Positions 11,675 through 24,791 are shown, counted from the stretch's first letter. The stretch: DNA of 64,000 nucleotides from Eukaryota sp. GEM-RC1 (GCA_040285855.1 JAUFOQ010000006.1:1984001-2048000); one strand, 5' to 3'. Numbers and translations are program-made. Notes: a model not told the origin generated them from the letters alone.

Positions 11675-12464
11675 CGTAATCTCAATGTCTTTGAACGAAC
11701 CTTCTCTTGAAGTGATGTCAAGTCTGTTAGCACAGTTTCATGAACAATGCAACAGAAGTTTGATAACCTTATGCAATTGTTGTCATTGTACTTCGTTAGG
11801 AGATAATTATGTGACCACATCTATATCAACTTCCTTAAAAGATCTTGTGTCAACTCTGTTCTACCCTTCATCAGAAACTTCTAATGTTGAGGAAGTCTTG
11901 ATCAGAGTATCTCATCTTTGGCAGTTCACGCCTCTACTCAACAGTTTTCTCAACTGGACATGTTTAATTGATATTCTTCTTCATTGTTGTCTCAATGATG
12001 ATACTTGTTTGTTTTTGAAGCATTTGCATTTGCTGATCAATAGTTTTGCTTGTTTAGTTGGTATATTATTTTGTCACAGTTCTCGATCTTCTACAACTTT
12101 ATTAATTCCTGCACTCCTCCAAAGTTCACTTCATGATGATGGTCATTTAAGACTTGTTTATTTTAAAAAGATTGAGGATAAACTGTTGTTATTACTTGAG
12201 GACAATGATTATTGTTTGTCTGTTTCAAAGTTTGTTTTGATTTTTGTTAACATTGTTTTAGCAAAAGGTAATAGTAATGATTATACTGGAGTTGTCAATT
12301 TGTTTAGTTTTATTTTAGAACGAAGTGATTTTGTTGATTTGAAACATGTTTTGACTTGGAAAATGTCAGGTAATGATGAGATTGATGTGGATAATTTATG
12401 TGATGAGTTGTTGCAGTTTATTGATAGTGTAGTGAAGTATGTTTGTAAGTATCTGTGTAACTAG
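11640..12464 (+). CDS. Hypothetical helical protein (element cargo, antisense to Fanzor)
   Basis: 274-aa ORF ending immediately before the 14-bp array. Confidence 0.45.
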   Translation: MQILPVNKFSFIVISMSLNEPSLEVMSSLLAQFHEQCNRSLITLCNCCHCTSLGDNYVTTSISTSLKDLVSTLFYPSSETSNVEEVLIRVSHLWQFTPLLNSFLNWTCLIDILLHCCLNDDTCLFLKHLHLLINSFACLVGILFCHSSRSSTTLLIPALLQSSLHDDGHLRLVYFKKIEDKLLLLLEDNDYCLSVSKFVLIFVNIVLAKGNSNDYTGVVNLFSFILERSDFVDLKHVLTWKMSGNDEIDVDNLCDELLQFIDSVVKYVCKYLCN

Positions 12465-12473
12465 ATAAATATT

Positions 12474-12660
12474 GTTACACATCTTGTATTACAGATCTTG
12501 TAAAACATATATTGTATTACTGATCTTGTGTTACAGATCTTGTATTACAAATGTTGTGTTACAAATGTTGTGTTACACATCTTGTATTACACATCTTGTA
12601 TTACGAATCTTGTGTTACAAATCTTGTAAAACACATTTTGTGTTACAAAAAGCACTTGTA
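12474..12660. repeat. 14-bp tandem array (TTACACATCTTGTA-like), ~13 copies
   Basis: atcttg and variants at 14-bp period: 12481, 12495, 12523, 12537, 12579, 12593, 12607, 12621. Confidence 0.92.
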
Positions 12661-12760
12661 GTTTTGTAAATTCAAATATAAAATAGTCAACAATTCAAAA
12701 GATCGAAGGTGAAAAAAATATCAATGTCAACAATTCATTACACATACGACACTTTCATTT

Positions 12761-12920
12761 CAAATGTTGTCATTACAAATGTTATATCACCAAATGTTGT
12801 CATTACAAATGTTGTCATTACAAATGTTATATCACCAAATGTTGTCATTACAAATGTTATATCACCAAATGTTATCATTACAAATATTGTCATTACAAAT
12901 GTTATCATTACAAATATTGT
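12761..12920. repeat. 15-bp tandem array (CAAATGTTGTCATTA / CAAATGTTATATCAC), ~10.5 copies
   Basis: Direct reading of the 15-bp period; shares the TTACAnATnTTGT core with the 14-bp array. Confidence 0.92.
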
Positions 12921-12923
12921 ATT

Positions 12924-13067
12924 TCAGAAGATCCTGGCAGTATCTTCTTGACTAAGTCCTAAGAACAAATACCTCCATACAGCACGTGCTTTTAAGTCTT
13001 CTGAGGGTTTTAGGGGAAGAGATCGAAAATCTTCGTGTGAATGAAGAAGATCCCAAGTCAAACACAT
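12924..13067 (-). pseudogene. Tc1/IS630 transposase N-terminal HTH remnant 1
   Basis: MCLTWDLL..PSEDLKARAVWRYLFLGLSQEDTARIF aligns by eye with MGYTYDML..ASEDTIVRAVWTYYWLGKTQAQIAEYY of the transposase at 55014. Confidence 0.7.
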
Positions 13068-13159
13068 TGTGATGTAAAAGAAGTCTTCAAGAACGGAAGA
13101 GAAGGCGAGGAAGATGAGGGAAAATGTTAGGTCTAAAATGTGAAGATCTAAAATGCGGA

Positions 13160-13309
13160 TCAGACCTTTATGCATCTCGCAACTGCATCTTGGCTTTCAC
13201 CTAAGATGAGGTGAGTGTAGACGGCCCTGGTCTTCGTATCTTCAGATGGACGTCGACTGAGTTGTTTTAAGTCAATTCCTTGTAATAGCATCTCAAAAGT
13301 AAGTCCCAT
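13160..13309 (-). pseudogene. Tc1/IS630 transposase N-terminal HTH remnant 2
   Basis: MGLTFEMLLQGIDLKQLSRRPSEDTKTRAVYTHLILGESQDAVA aligns with MGYTYDMLFDANIDIRQLCCNASEDTIVRAVWTYYWLGKTQAQIA. Confidence 0.75.
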
Positions 13310-13434
13310 TGATGGATAACCAAGGAAATTTGGGTTGGTGAAAGATGTGCTGGTGAGAAAAATTTTACCACCAACTAGAACTAGAATATGCAACCAAAGT
13401 GAAAACCACTGACCGACTTTCAACTTTCAACCCA

Positions 13435-15547
13435 ATGGATGACGATGCTAGCTTTTTCGACCAGTTAGTGGATGTTGAGTCCACTCCGTCTCCACCTACT
13501 GTTCCTAGTCAATCTCCGAACCAAACCTCTCTTCCTATAACTCAGATTCCGTCTTCTTCGGTGCAAATTCCTTGTGTTACCTCAACAACATCTCATGTTT
13601 CGTCACCTACTCCTACGCCTTCTAAATTATTTACTTCTAGCCCACCAACGTCCTTTTCTGGGCCTCCCTCAAGGCGACATTCTGTCTCGAGAAGGGTGTT
13701 TTCACCACCTCCATCTACCACTTCTCTTCCCCAGTCTAGAAGGTCTTCTCTTTGTCCTTCTGCACTCCCATCACCATGTTGTGTTGCAATTGGGCCTAAT
13801 GGTAGAATATTCGTAGCTTCCTCTGTTCTCCAGGAATACTCACTACCAACCATCCTCTCTAGAACCCCAATTTCTCCTCTGCTCCAATCCCTCCACATGC
13901 CCTCGTCTTCCCTCTCCAAATCTCATCTCTTCCGCTATATAGAATCTCGCCTTCCTTCTGACGTTGAATCTCCCTCTGTCTCTTCCAGTGACCTTCTCTG
14001 GCTCTTCCTAATCCAACTCGTTTCTTCTCAAGGGGAAATCACTGAAGAAGTCATCTCTAAAGTCTCCCAGTACCTCAAAACCAACCACGTCTCCCTAAAT
14101 CCCTCCCCCAATCAATCAGCAACAAATGCTGATGTCTCCATGATTGAAAAGTCCCTACTTGATGGCAATCATTTAGAAGCTATCAATCGCGCGTGTGATG
14201 GGGGTCTATGGTCCCACGCCCTTCTACTTTCCTTCCACTCACGTGACTCTGAGCTCTACAAGACTGTCCTCCAACGGTTTGTCTCCACCTCTTTACTCCC
14301 TGGTCAACCTCTTCGTACACTCTACTCAATGTTTATTAATGAGAAGTCAGAGTTCATGTTTGGTCAGGATGGGGCTACTGTCTTGGCTGAACGTTGGAGA
14401 GAGAATCTATTGATAACTGTAAATAACAAGGCTCCTAATACCAGTCAAGTTTTGTCAAGGATTGGTGATGGACTTTTGAAGACTTTTGAACATACAAACA
14501 GCTTTTCTCACTTGTATGCCAGTCACTTATCATTTTTGATGGCTGACGTTGTTCCTAGTCCGGAGGCTGTGTCTGGAGTATTAAATTCTAGAAAAGGATC
14601 TGTTGTCTCGGTCAAAAATTTAAATTTTGATAAATTAGGACTAATTGGGGTGCCCAACGATTTTGTTTTTTGTTGGTCAGAGTTGATTGAAGGAATTCTC
14701 TTGACTGATCTTTTTGAATATTCTAAAATTTTAGGAAATTCTCAATATTCTCTGTCGTCGTTGCTACCTTTTAAAGCTGCAATGGTTTCAATTCTAGCTG
14801 ATTTTGGCCTGGACAAGGGTTCAATCAAGTGGCTGACCGTTGTTTGTAATTATAGTAAACAACTGAATCAAGCAAATTATGAAAGTTTGAAGATTCCCCC
14901 GAATTTTAAAAATTATGTTGACTTTTTGAGTCGTTCCGTTTCCAACAATGCGATTGAATCGGCACAAATTTTCAAAAATGTGTTTTCCTTCTTCAAAAGC
15001 AAAGATAAACCTAAAAAGGAATCTAAACAGGTTGAATCACCTTCATCTGAAACTTCAAAGTACTCACCACAAGAAAACACCTCTGACAGACAATCCCACC
15101 GAAAGTCTGCATCTTTCTTAGGTAGAATCAAGTCTCTGGTAGTAAAAGAAGATGAGTTTACCCCCATGTGTCTCGATAGCAATCAAAAAATGATTTATAC
15201 TGAAGGTGTTGGGTGGCATCGGCCTGGGGAAGATCCTAAAGCTAAACCCTCTCTCCCACCTCCTCCAAAGAGTGCACCTTCGAGACTTCCCCATGGACAA
15301 CAGCCTCAGGTACAGCAACCTCGTGGACAGCAGCCCTTAGTAAGTAATATTCCCCCACCTCCAACTAGAATGGATCCACCTCCTAGTACAATGGCTCCAC
15401 CTCCAACAACCATAGCTCCACCTCCTACAGCCTTTGGAGATCTGTCGGCGTCTCTGGGTGGAATGACACTAGCACCACCTCCTAGAAGGACTACTGCTAG
15501 AAGTGGAAGGGAAGAAGGAGAGGAAAATGTATGTTGATGTTATTTAG
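13435..15547 (+). CDS. SEC16: COPII scaffold Sec16-like protein
   Basis: IEKSLLDGNHLEAINRACDGGLWSHALLLS..PLRTLY..WRENL matches the Sec16 conserved domain; Pro-rich tail; a shifted frame gives terminal YVDVI* at 15547. Confidence 0.8.
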
Positions 15548-15996
15548 TGTAGTTATGTAGTGATAATACGGATCCAATGCATTATTCAAGTTTCTTCTTG
15601 ACAATCGTAGAATAGATGTGATTTAATTATTTCTAGGATGCATCCTGGTAAAATATAAACTTCTTCTACGTTGTTTTAACAAATGCAAACGTGATCAATT
15701 ATTAATTCATGGTACTGCTTTGCTGCAGAACAAAACTGTTAAACAAGTTCCAGCATGAGGAACTTTGTTGTTCCTACATGATGTAAAAAACGTCTCTAAT
15801 TTACATCAATATTAACAAAGGAGATGCCAAAAACGATGTTTATGATCAATACAATGAAATACTGTAATAATAATTTTCAAATATTGAAATCTTACTTGGA
15901 AATGTGTGCCCAAACTCCTCAAGATTACAAATATTTATAAACAATGAGATAAACTCGACAAGAAGCTACAGTGCATAAACACTCTAAAAACAAAAA

Positions 15997-17073
15997 CTAT
16001 CGATTACCAGCATATGCCACATAATCAGAAACGTTTCTCTTCAACACATCTTCACACGGTCCAATAATCAAATCAAACAAAGACCTATCTAACTTTAAAC
16101 AACCAACAGTTCCAATTGCTCTAACAGTAGCTGCTCTAGGTTGATTAAACATCAACGCCAGCTCACCAAAGAAATTAGCCCGGGTTAAGGTACCCATTTC
16201 AACTTGTTTCCCCTCCATTTCCTTCAGAACTTTACATTCGCCCTCTTTAATTACATAGAAAGAATCACCGTCATCGCCTTCAGTCACAACGTTACAGTCG
16301 GTATATTCAACATATTCAAGAGCGTCAGCAAGCTGTGATCGTTCCCATGGTGTTAAATTAGCAAGAATAGGAACTTGAAGCAGAAACTCTTCATACTCCT
16401 GTCTTTTGCGAATAGAAGTCTCCATTAGAATTGATCTGTACAGACCTCCCTCCAAAGCAAAGAGTTTAACTGGGGTTCTAGCTATTACAGTAGCTGCTCT
16501 AGGGACGCCATACATCAAAGCTAGTTCCCCAAAGGAGCCTCCTGGGTGAATGGTGGAGACCTTTGAGCTTTGTCCGCGTTCTTCCTTGTAGACATCACAG
16601 ATTCCTTCATATACAACATAAAAGTAGTCTCCAGAAGCTCCTTGCTGTATAATGACAGAGTCAGGAGAGTATGTTTGGAGCTCAGTGTACTGGTAGAGTA
16701 AGCTTCTGGCTTCCTTGTCAATGTGTTGGAATAAAGTGTTTCGATCGATAGCTTGTTCAAGCATTGCTAGTTCTTCATCAGTCTTAGGATGAGGCACACA
16801 TTTGATCATTGAGTCATCAGCTACAGGAGCAGATACTGCGAACCTACGAGCCCTTGGAGTAGGACTCTCGGCCATTTCCGAAAGATCTGAAGTACTAGTT
16901 TGATGGGAATCCCGGCGATCTTCTCGGAAAGCTTCAAGATGCTGGACAAGGAATCCGGGAATGTCATCAGGTTGCTCGGAGCAGATTGCATTGAACATTG
17001 AGCTTAAGAGAGAAGATACATCACGCTCATGAAAGTATTCTAGGGCTTGTTGTTCATGCTGGTAACGTTTCAT
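15997..17073 (-). CDS. cAMP-dependent protein kinase regulatory subunit
   Basis: N-terminal dimerisation/docking-like segment, RRFAVSA inhibitor site, two cNMP-binding domains (FGELAL..PRAATV). Confidence 0.93.
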   Translation of the reverse strand: MKRYQHEQQALEYFHERDVSSLLSSMFNAICSEQPDDIPGFLVQHLEAFREDRRDSHQTSTSDLSEMAESPTPRARRFAVSAPVADDSMIKCVPHPKTDEELAMLEQAIDRNTLFQHIDKEARSLLYQYTELQTYSPDSVIIQQGASGDYFYVVYEGICDVYKEERGQSSKVSTIHPGGSFGELALMYGVPRAATVIARTPVKLFALEGGLYRSILMETSIRKRQEYEEFLLQVPILANLTPWERSQLADALEYVEYTDCNVVTEGDDGDSFYVIKEGECKVLKEMEGKQVEMGTLTRANFFGELALMFNQPRAATVRAIGTVGCLKLDRSLFDLIIGPCEDVLKRNVSDYVAYAGNR

Positions 17074-18381
17074 TGGAGAAGAACCAGAAGGAAGATTGAG
17101 TCTAATAATTGGATTCGGTTTTTTTGTCCCAGCCGTACAAGGACAACTGAAGCTCACTGGAAATCAGTTGCACCTTTTTGATCATATGTATGTGGTTCAC
17201 TTCTGTCTTATTATGCCTGTTCAACTTATGAACATAAGTTCATTGTTTTCGTTGTGCAAAAGACATTCATACCAATCAAACATTTGTGTCCACGATTCAC
17301 ACGGCCTAACAATCAACAACTGATTCGTTACATTAACCTACAATAGTACCAATTAAATAATTTCTGCATTTTCAGATTTCACCATTTTGCAGTATAGCGT
17401 TCCGAAATAGAATAGTGAGACAGCGTCAGAAGTTTATTTAAGTTGAATTACTCGATTGTCAAATTCTGAGAGGTGTCGGTAAGTACTTTTCGAATCAAAC
17501 GCCAGCTGAATATTGATCTGTTTGCCTCTAGTTTTAGAGTATTTTACTCGATGATGGCTACTGTATATGTTAGGAACTTCATGCAGGCTAAGTATAAGTT
17601 GTACCAGGAATGATAAATTGACAACAACAAAAATTATTACCGTGTATTTACAAATTTAGAAAGAATTTTCAAATTTTGTTACAGCCAAAATAGAAAACGC
17701 TCTAGTCAAGCTATCACAACTCCAGAAAGGGAAAGGTGACGTGTTAAACCCAGGAAAATCTGGTTCCTTGGGAAACCCAAAGTAACTTTCCTTCAACATC
17801 TTCGCATACTGTTCAGCAGAGACCGTTCCCATCATTCCAAAATCAACTTCGCCATTTCACCTTCAAAGGGCTTCGAAGCATTAATGGCCATCTATAGTAC
17901 TTCTCTGTTCCAATCTACGTCTTACTTAATTGAGTCAAATACCCAAGCGGTACCAGAACTGTGTAGTTGTTGATCAGTGCCTATCAAATACAACAAAATC
18001 GAGAACATTGATGACAGTATTTTAGAAAAGCAAAACAGAACACTGGTAAAGTTATGGTACGAAACTAAAAATCCAGAAGTCTCTAGGAAAATTAACACCA
18101 GAAGGAACGAATATGAACTGTTAGAAAACAAACACTAAAACAACAAAAAAGACTACAAGGACCTAACTACTAGTAGACTGTGAAACCAAATTCTATTTAT
18201 ATAATGAGTGTAATCTTGTTAGTGCTTAGACATACAGTATTGAATTTATATTTAATGTTTTGACACAAGGTGACAATCATTAAGTGAATATATTTACTTG
18301 ATTTTACATTGCTGCTATGACGTAGTCCTTAACAAAACAGTATTTAAATGTCTGTCCTCACCTCAAATAAGTTTAACCAGA

Positions 18382-20686
18382 TCAAGATGACCTCCTCAAA
18401 AAATCAATAACATTATTCTTTAGCTTCACTGCAACACTTTCACTGACACAAAGAATTTCCATAAGTACAGGAAGATCAACAGACTCTAACTGTTCCAGGT
18501 TTACAATCTTATGTTTAATTAAGGCTCGAGCCCTACGTACTCCAATTGCATTAATCCGAAGTAGCGGAGAGTCAATAATATCAGCTTTCCCTCCATGTTT
18601 AAGTCGTTGGCCAAGTAACTTGAAGCAGATACTAACAAAATCCCAGCCCGAAGTTCGACAGAATTGGGCTAATAAGTTAGCTTTCATGGATGAGAGTGAC
18701 TGTAGTTCCTCAAGAACACCTTTAGACACTGAACTTCTTGACGACAGTGATGAAAGCGTTTCTTCATTAACAATCTTGGATAACATAATTGACACTGCAA
18801 CTCTAAAACTTAATAAATGTTCATCATTGGCAAATGAAATAGGTCTACCATTGGCAAACCTCTTCAATACTTCAACTTTCCACCCCAAATTATCAAGAAA
18901 CTGTCTCTTCGAAAGTGGCAGAAGCGAACATTCCTCCATTATCGTAAACCAAAAGGTGCCTGGATCATCAATTACAAAATGATTCAACAGCTCTCTATCA
19001 GAGGTTATGTGAAAGCAAAACTGAAACTCATCTAGAAGACATACAGACTGTAAACTAGTCGTGAGTTCAACATGGATCGACAACGCATCACGTGGAATAT
19101 AACGCGATGCACACGTTGCACTTCCGAGTGAAGTCGGATAAAACGATTGTGTTGCCAGGTCGTAATCTATCATTGAAAGACTGTCTTGTAGTGACAAGAG
19201 AGTTTGTTTGAACAAACGGCCACTTTCAAGTCGTCCTTTACAGTAGTAGAAGAACGTATTTCGGTAGAAATGTCGAAGAGACGTTGGTGACGTGGCAATT
19301 CCTTCGACTATGATAGATAAAATCAATCGCTCAAAAAGACGATCGTTACTTGCTAAATTTGATTGAGCAGGATCTACCTCTCCATTAATCAAATGCAGAC
19401 AATCACTAAGTGAAGCGTCATTTGCAAGAACGAAGCAATCACCTCTAGCATCCTGTCCTTTTCTACCACATCTACCCCCCATTTGCGAGAGCTCACTGGA
19501 CGTTAACTTCCTGATTCCAACAAAAGGAGACGTGACGATAACAGCTCTACAAGGGAGATCTACTCCAGCACTTAAACTAGTTGTAGCCACGATAACACGG
19601 ATCTTCTTTTCTAGGAATAGCTTCTCAACAATTGACCTATGTTCAGAAGTAAGGCCACCATGATGATATCCAACACCACGACTTAAACATGTAAAGAGGC
19701 GAGATTTTCCAATTATTGAATTAACATCATGATCCAAATTTGATGATTGATCTTCATGATAAGAAGAAATACCATGTGCCAAAGATTCAGCTTGAGTCTT
19801 GGTTGCACAAAACACCAACACTGATTCCCATGGTTCAAACTTGAGAACTATCTCCTTAATCTGAGCTTCTATTGAAGGAGAATCAACAGAAAGCTTCCGA
19901 ACCAGTGTTCCATCCTTATTTAACATACGATCTTTATGAACAACGTGAAAGAACAGAGGAACAGCACGGGTAGAGTGATGAAAGATCTCAGCGTTTAACC
20001 ACTGACCAACAAGGCTATAGTTGGAAATTGTAGCTGAAAATCCATAAATTCGACAATCTGGAAACGTGTACAAAACCTTGGAAATCAAAGTTTCCAGCAA
20101 AGATCCACTAAGGTAAAATACAGAACAAACAACTTACCGATCTTGACCATCACTAACTACTTGAAGTTCATCAACACAGATACTGCCTAGAACTTGGTTG
20201 TTAGTTTTAAGGTAGACTTCTGCAGCATTCGTAATGATGTTGTTGGCCTTTTCAATAGTAGCGACTATAATACCAGGAGTATTGGGTAACGGAAGGTTGC
20301 CATAAGACCCAAAAAAAGGGTAACAGGGGTATATCAAAGTGGGAGCAGAATTCATGAAGAATTTTGAACCTCTGTTCACACAAAGCAATGAAGGGAACTA
20401 CAAGAAGGGAGAATTTGTTATAGAGTAGAACTGTACGAATCATAAGAAGGTCCCCAACTAGAGTCTGAGGTCAACAAGTAAGGACGAATCATACTTTTCC
20501 TGTTCCAGTTGGGAAGGATATTAGACAGTTCTTGGAATTCGAGATGACGGAAGGAGAAGTGAGGACGTGTGTTTGAGGATCTAGTAGCTGTTGAATGCCG
20601 GTGGATCTAAGATATTCTTCAACAGATCTGATGCCAAGATTGTCTAACACATCAGTGAGAGAAGTACTAGTGTCATATTGTGGCAT
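18382..20686 (-). CDS. HelQ/Pol-theta-like Ski2-family helicase (introns 20465-20494 and 20108-20137, plus a frameshift)
   Basis: PTGTGK|T, VATIEKAN, VDELQ, SAT, VGYHHGGL, ATTSLSAGVDLP, QMGGRCGRKG, C-terminal HhH. Confidence 0.88.
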
Positions 20687-20872
20687 AATGACATTTGGTC
20701 AACAACTTATGGAAGTCTGAGAAGTGCAGGGAAAAATTGCTTCTCCCTTAGATCTTCTAATAGGTGTCTGTTCTGGAAGGCTACTTCTCGAATGTTCGTC
20801 GCTACTTGCTGGTTATTATTGATCTGAGAACATCCAGATCAAGGATATCTTTGAACTTATGATTTCGCTATT

Positions 20873-21789
20873 ATGACTTCACCTATATCTCCTTGGGAAT
20901 CGGTACAGAATCCTTCGTTTGTCCAAGTTCTCTCAACCATGTTTGGTCTTGCTATTCTTGCACCTATTAGAGTAGTTCTCCTAGTACCTCTATGTGTATC
21001 ATGTGCAATGAGTATGAAGATGATCTGCTTATCCCGATTTGTTAACAGTAAGCATTTCTCAAAGTTGCAGAAACTAACTGAACTTGTTACTCACTTCTAT
21101 GTCCGCTGTATACTCTTCATCGCTGGCTTCTATTCCATTACGGTGAAGGGAAGTCCAACCACTGATCAGAATGTACGAGGTATCGTTGCTAATCACTCGT
21201 CATGGATTGATACCATCATCATGGCTTCTCTTGTCTTTCCTTCCTTCATTGCCAAGAGTGATACTAAGAGGATCCCTCTAGCTGGTTCTACAGCCAAATC
21301 CTGGCTATCTCTATTCATTGACCGTAGTTCGAATGAAGATAGACAACGGGCATTAGTTTTAATTACTGAAAGAATGAGAAATACTAAGCTACCACCTCTA
21401 ATAGCTTTCCCTGAAGGAGGGACTAGCAACGGGAAGTATCTGACTAAGTTTCAACGGGGGCCTTCAATGCAGGGCTACCTGTTCAACCAGTTGTTATTAC
21501 ATACACATCTTCATTTAAACCTTCAGCTGAGGGATCGCCTTTTTGGTATGCTGTCTTGATGCTGTTGGCTCAGCCCATTGTTAAGGCCGAGGTAAGCTTC
21601 CTCCCACCTTATTATCCTAATGAACAAGAAGCTGGTGATCCTGTGTTGTTTGCATCTAATGTTCGTAAGGCAATGAGTGAGTGGAGTGGAATTCCTCTAG
21701 TTGAAGAAGGTTTTAGGGAAAAGATGGCGTTTGTAGAGAAAGTTTATGGAAACAAGTTGTACGGGCCGGTTAGAAAGAGGTGTTATTAA
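20873..21789 (+). CDS. Lysophospholipid acyltransferase (LPCAT/AGPAT family), frameshifted at ~21460
   Basis: NHSSWID, FIDRS and FPEGGTSNG motifs; C-terminal FASNVRKAMS. Confidence 0.88.
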
Positions 21790-21876
21790 CACCGTTAAAT
21801 AAAAATACAAAAATACAGTCAAAAAATAAATTAGAATATCGAAATGTTGGTCAATCAAAAAGATAGATATACAAAA

Positions 21877-23585
21877 TCACCGAGCTGTTCTCAGAATCCT
21901 ACTCTTAACAGAATTCCTTCTATTAGTCATGCTACGATTCTGAACAGTTCCAAAATGATCAAGAGCCGAACTAATCCTGGAGAAAGACCTAGTAGAGGAT
22001 CTTGAAGAAGGTCTAGACTCTGAAAAGGAAAGGTTAACCATTGACTTTGCTGAGCTTGGTCTCGAAGGAACGTCATTGATTGAGGCCTGAGACATCCTCC
22101 TAGACTGGCTTTCTGTAGAGCGATAGTCGATAGTTCTTGTCCCAGTGTTGAGTTCATCAGTTTCACACACTTTATCCAGCATTAGAGGCGGTTGAAAGTT
22201 CTTTACTTGAGCTAGTTCATTCTCAAGATCAGAAACGTAACTACTAAGGGTTTTAACCTGAGACAATAACGAATCACGATCATTTTCGACCACCGACAAC
22301 TGAAATCGAAGAATTCCATTGACTTCCAGAAGAGATCGAACTGCCGCTTTGGGATTAACTGGCTCAGGACCCTTGCTCACGTTACCTTCTGAAACCAACT
22401 TATTCTGAATGATGTTCAGCTGTCGTTTTAAACCGGAGTTCTCTTGATCCAATAGTCTACAGCCACTACATTCGAACTTCCTTTCAACACCACTCTCAAT
22501 CACTTGACGATGTTCTAGTGTAATCTTCTTAGCTTTAGATGCCAGAACCAGACTCTGAAGAGAAGATGACCAGTCATTAACTCCAGGAGAGAGAGTTATC
22601 AACAGAACGTTGGTAGGATGAGGTGAAAGAGATGAGGAAGCTATAGAAGGCCATAGAAGCTTGGTTAGGGCAGACTCCCGCCAGCAAGGAGTGTTTCCTG
22701 TGGAGAGAGAGTGAATAAGTTTACTAAAAGCCAAGTTAGAATAATTGATTGATCTAGTCTCATCCATAGTCTCTGGAGAACAACGTTCTGACCCAGCTAA
22801 ATCAGCAAACGTGACTGACCCAATTACTTCTGATTGATTGGCGTTTTTGATATGCACAGTAAGAAGACAATGTGAACGTGAGCTCGGTATATAGTCAGAG
22901 TCAAGAGGAGAGAAGGATTGACGATCTCTGACCAATCTATTCTCACAACCAACTCCAGTAAGGAAAAGGGCATCAGAGAAAGACTTGCAATCAATTTGCA
23001 GGCAATTGTCCACTTCGAATTTAGTTGAGTTCCAGACGAGTTCAAGGGCCTTTAGATGAGAGGGATTGGCATCAGAGGAAGTGCAGAGTAGGTCTGTAAT
23101 GATTTCCTTGCCTGCATAACAGTAAATCTGAATAAAAGAAATGGATATTGTTTGGTGAGAGCCTAAATGACGATAGAGGAGAGACAGAGACCGTGGGATT
23201 AGCCCAGAGTCTTGATCTATGGAATAACTGAGAGAATTAAGAGATTGATGGTCTTTGCCGAAAAGAGTCCAAGTCTAGAGGTAAGAAAGATATCAAGCCA
23301 TACTTTACCAGAAGCAGTGCTACCGTAGGCTACAATGGATGTGTTTGAGCCAGTGAGTGAAGAAATGAGCGTTTCTTGAACTGAAGAACTGAAGATGTCA
23401 GATTGAGGTGAGTCAGAGCCATGTACTTCACTGAAAGAATAATGACGAGATACTCCACGAAGCTGTCCCTGTCCTGACAAAATAACAGCGGGTTCTCCAT
23501 GAGTAGTAGGTGAAAGTATGGAAACAGATGAGTCTTCTTCAGAAAGAAAAGGCCTGATGCGTGCTATAGTGTGGACTGATCGCAT
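21877..23585 (-). CDS. Kinesin motor protein (intron 23275-23303, frameshift)
   Basis: ARIRP, YGSTASGK|T, SSRSH, DLAGSER, WRESALTKLL; coiled-coil tail. Confidence 0.88.
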
Positions 23586-23705
23586 AACAACATTAGCTTT
23601 CAGAATCGATTCAAGAAGTAGGAATTTTGTAGGCCAAAAGATTTCGACATTCCTCAAATACTGAATGAACTAACAGCCACGTACAATCTGTATTGATTAA
23701 TCGGG

Positions 23706-24350
23706 TTACGTTTGCGCTTTACAAAAGCTTTCATAAATACCTAAGTTACATTTACACGAATTGGGGTTAATAAGTGAAACATCATCAGGAAATCGATTAA
23801 CAAATTCAAAAATGAAAGGTATTCCGCCCCTAAAAAAGCAGATTTGCAATGAATTGACGATTTGGTAAAACCAAGTCACCAAAATGAGCAGAAGTCTAAA
23901 GTGACGTTGAATCAACTTCTAACAGTGAAGCAAAAAATGATTAATCCTCAACTCGTTAAAAGATCTACAAAAATTCAGATCGATTGAAGGAGCTGTAGAT
24001 CTCAAAAGATAAGTCATTTTTCCGGAGTAGCAAATTTTTAAAATTAAAAACTTAATACTAGTCAGTTTTTCAATATCATTTGAAGAAATTGTGTTGAGTT
24101 CTGAACCACTTCTTTCCAAATAATTAGATAATTCTTGAGAAATTTTAGGAACATTCCCAAGCCAACGTCCTAGAAAACGAAAAGCGTCTTCAATATAATT
24201 GATAAATGGAATCTGAACTCCATTAATAAATACTAGTAATTCTATATCACAGTTTGATGTACAAACCGTTCTGACATCGAGTGATAATACTTTTAGCAAA
24301 TTCAAATATTGTATAAACTTTTTAATCCTTTTTAGCGTGATGCATGCCAC
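23706..24350 (-). pseudogene. Non-LTR retrotransposon RT/thumb remnant
   Basis: FRFLGRWLG..LILKICY..TYLLRSTAP pattern; SFNELRIN is shared with the copy at ~43240. Confidence 0.65.
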
Positions 24351-24791
24351 AATGAAATTTTGGACTGCAATTCATCCCACACTCGTATGGTCGTGTGGCT
24401 GATGGCCTGTCTGGCGGGTTTTTGAAGTGATATTATGAGGTACGTGTCAACCCAACAGGAATTATACTTTTACTTTGATTCAGTATCTCAGTATGTTATT
24501 TATTGAAAAATTCGAGTTTTTTGTTGAAAATGTCATCAATGTACTTAATCAATTGTGTTGTTCTAACCAAATTACAACATCTTCAGATCTTTGCTACAGT
24601 ACTATATTATTTGAATGAATGATATCGACAGATTGGATTACATTTGTATGGATGTAGTTGTAACTTCTGAAGATAGACATATCACAGACAATTAACCAAC
24701 TTTATGGCAGAAAATACCATTGGTCGTAGAGCATTATGGCCTTTTATCATATTTAAGCTTTTGTTTGGGTTTCAGCTGATTTCCTAATTCA

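Larger units (their letters stand above)
1..13310 (-). mobile_element. Large Fanzor-bearing mobile element/cargo region (boundaries approximate; left end outside the window)
   Basis: Block of co-oriented non-housekeeping ORFs (Fanzor polyprotein, DExH helicase), shared 78-bp leader repeats, 14- and 15-bp arrays and Tc1/IS630 remnants, ending just before Sec16. Confidence 0.55.

Noticed and set aside
12472..12955. Short ORFs 12472..12669, 12709..12951 and 12764..12955 as pentapeptide-repeat proteins
   Set aside because: They are translations of the 14- and 15-bp arrays and are open in more than one frame.
24372..24425. GC-rich hairpins followed by a T-run beside the retroelement remnant (terminator or ribozyme)
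   Set aside because: No recognisable ribozyme consensus, and bacterial-type terminators are not expected here.
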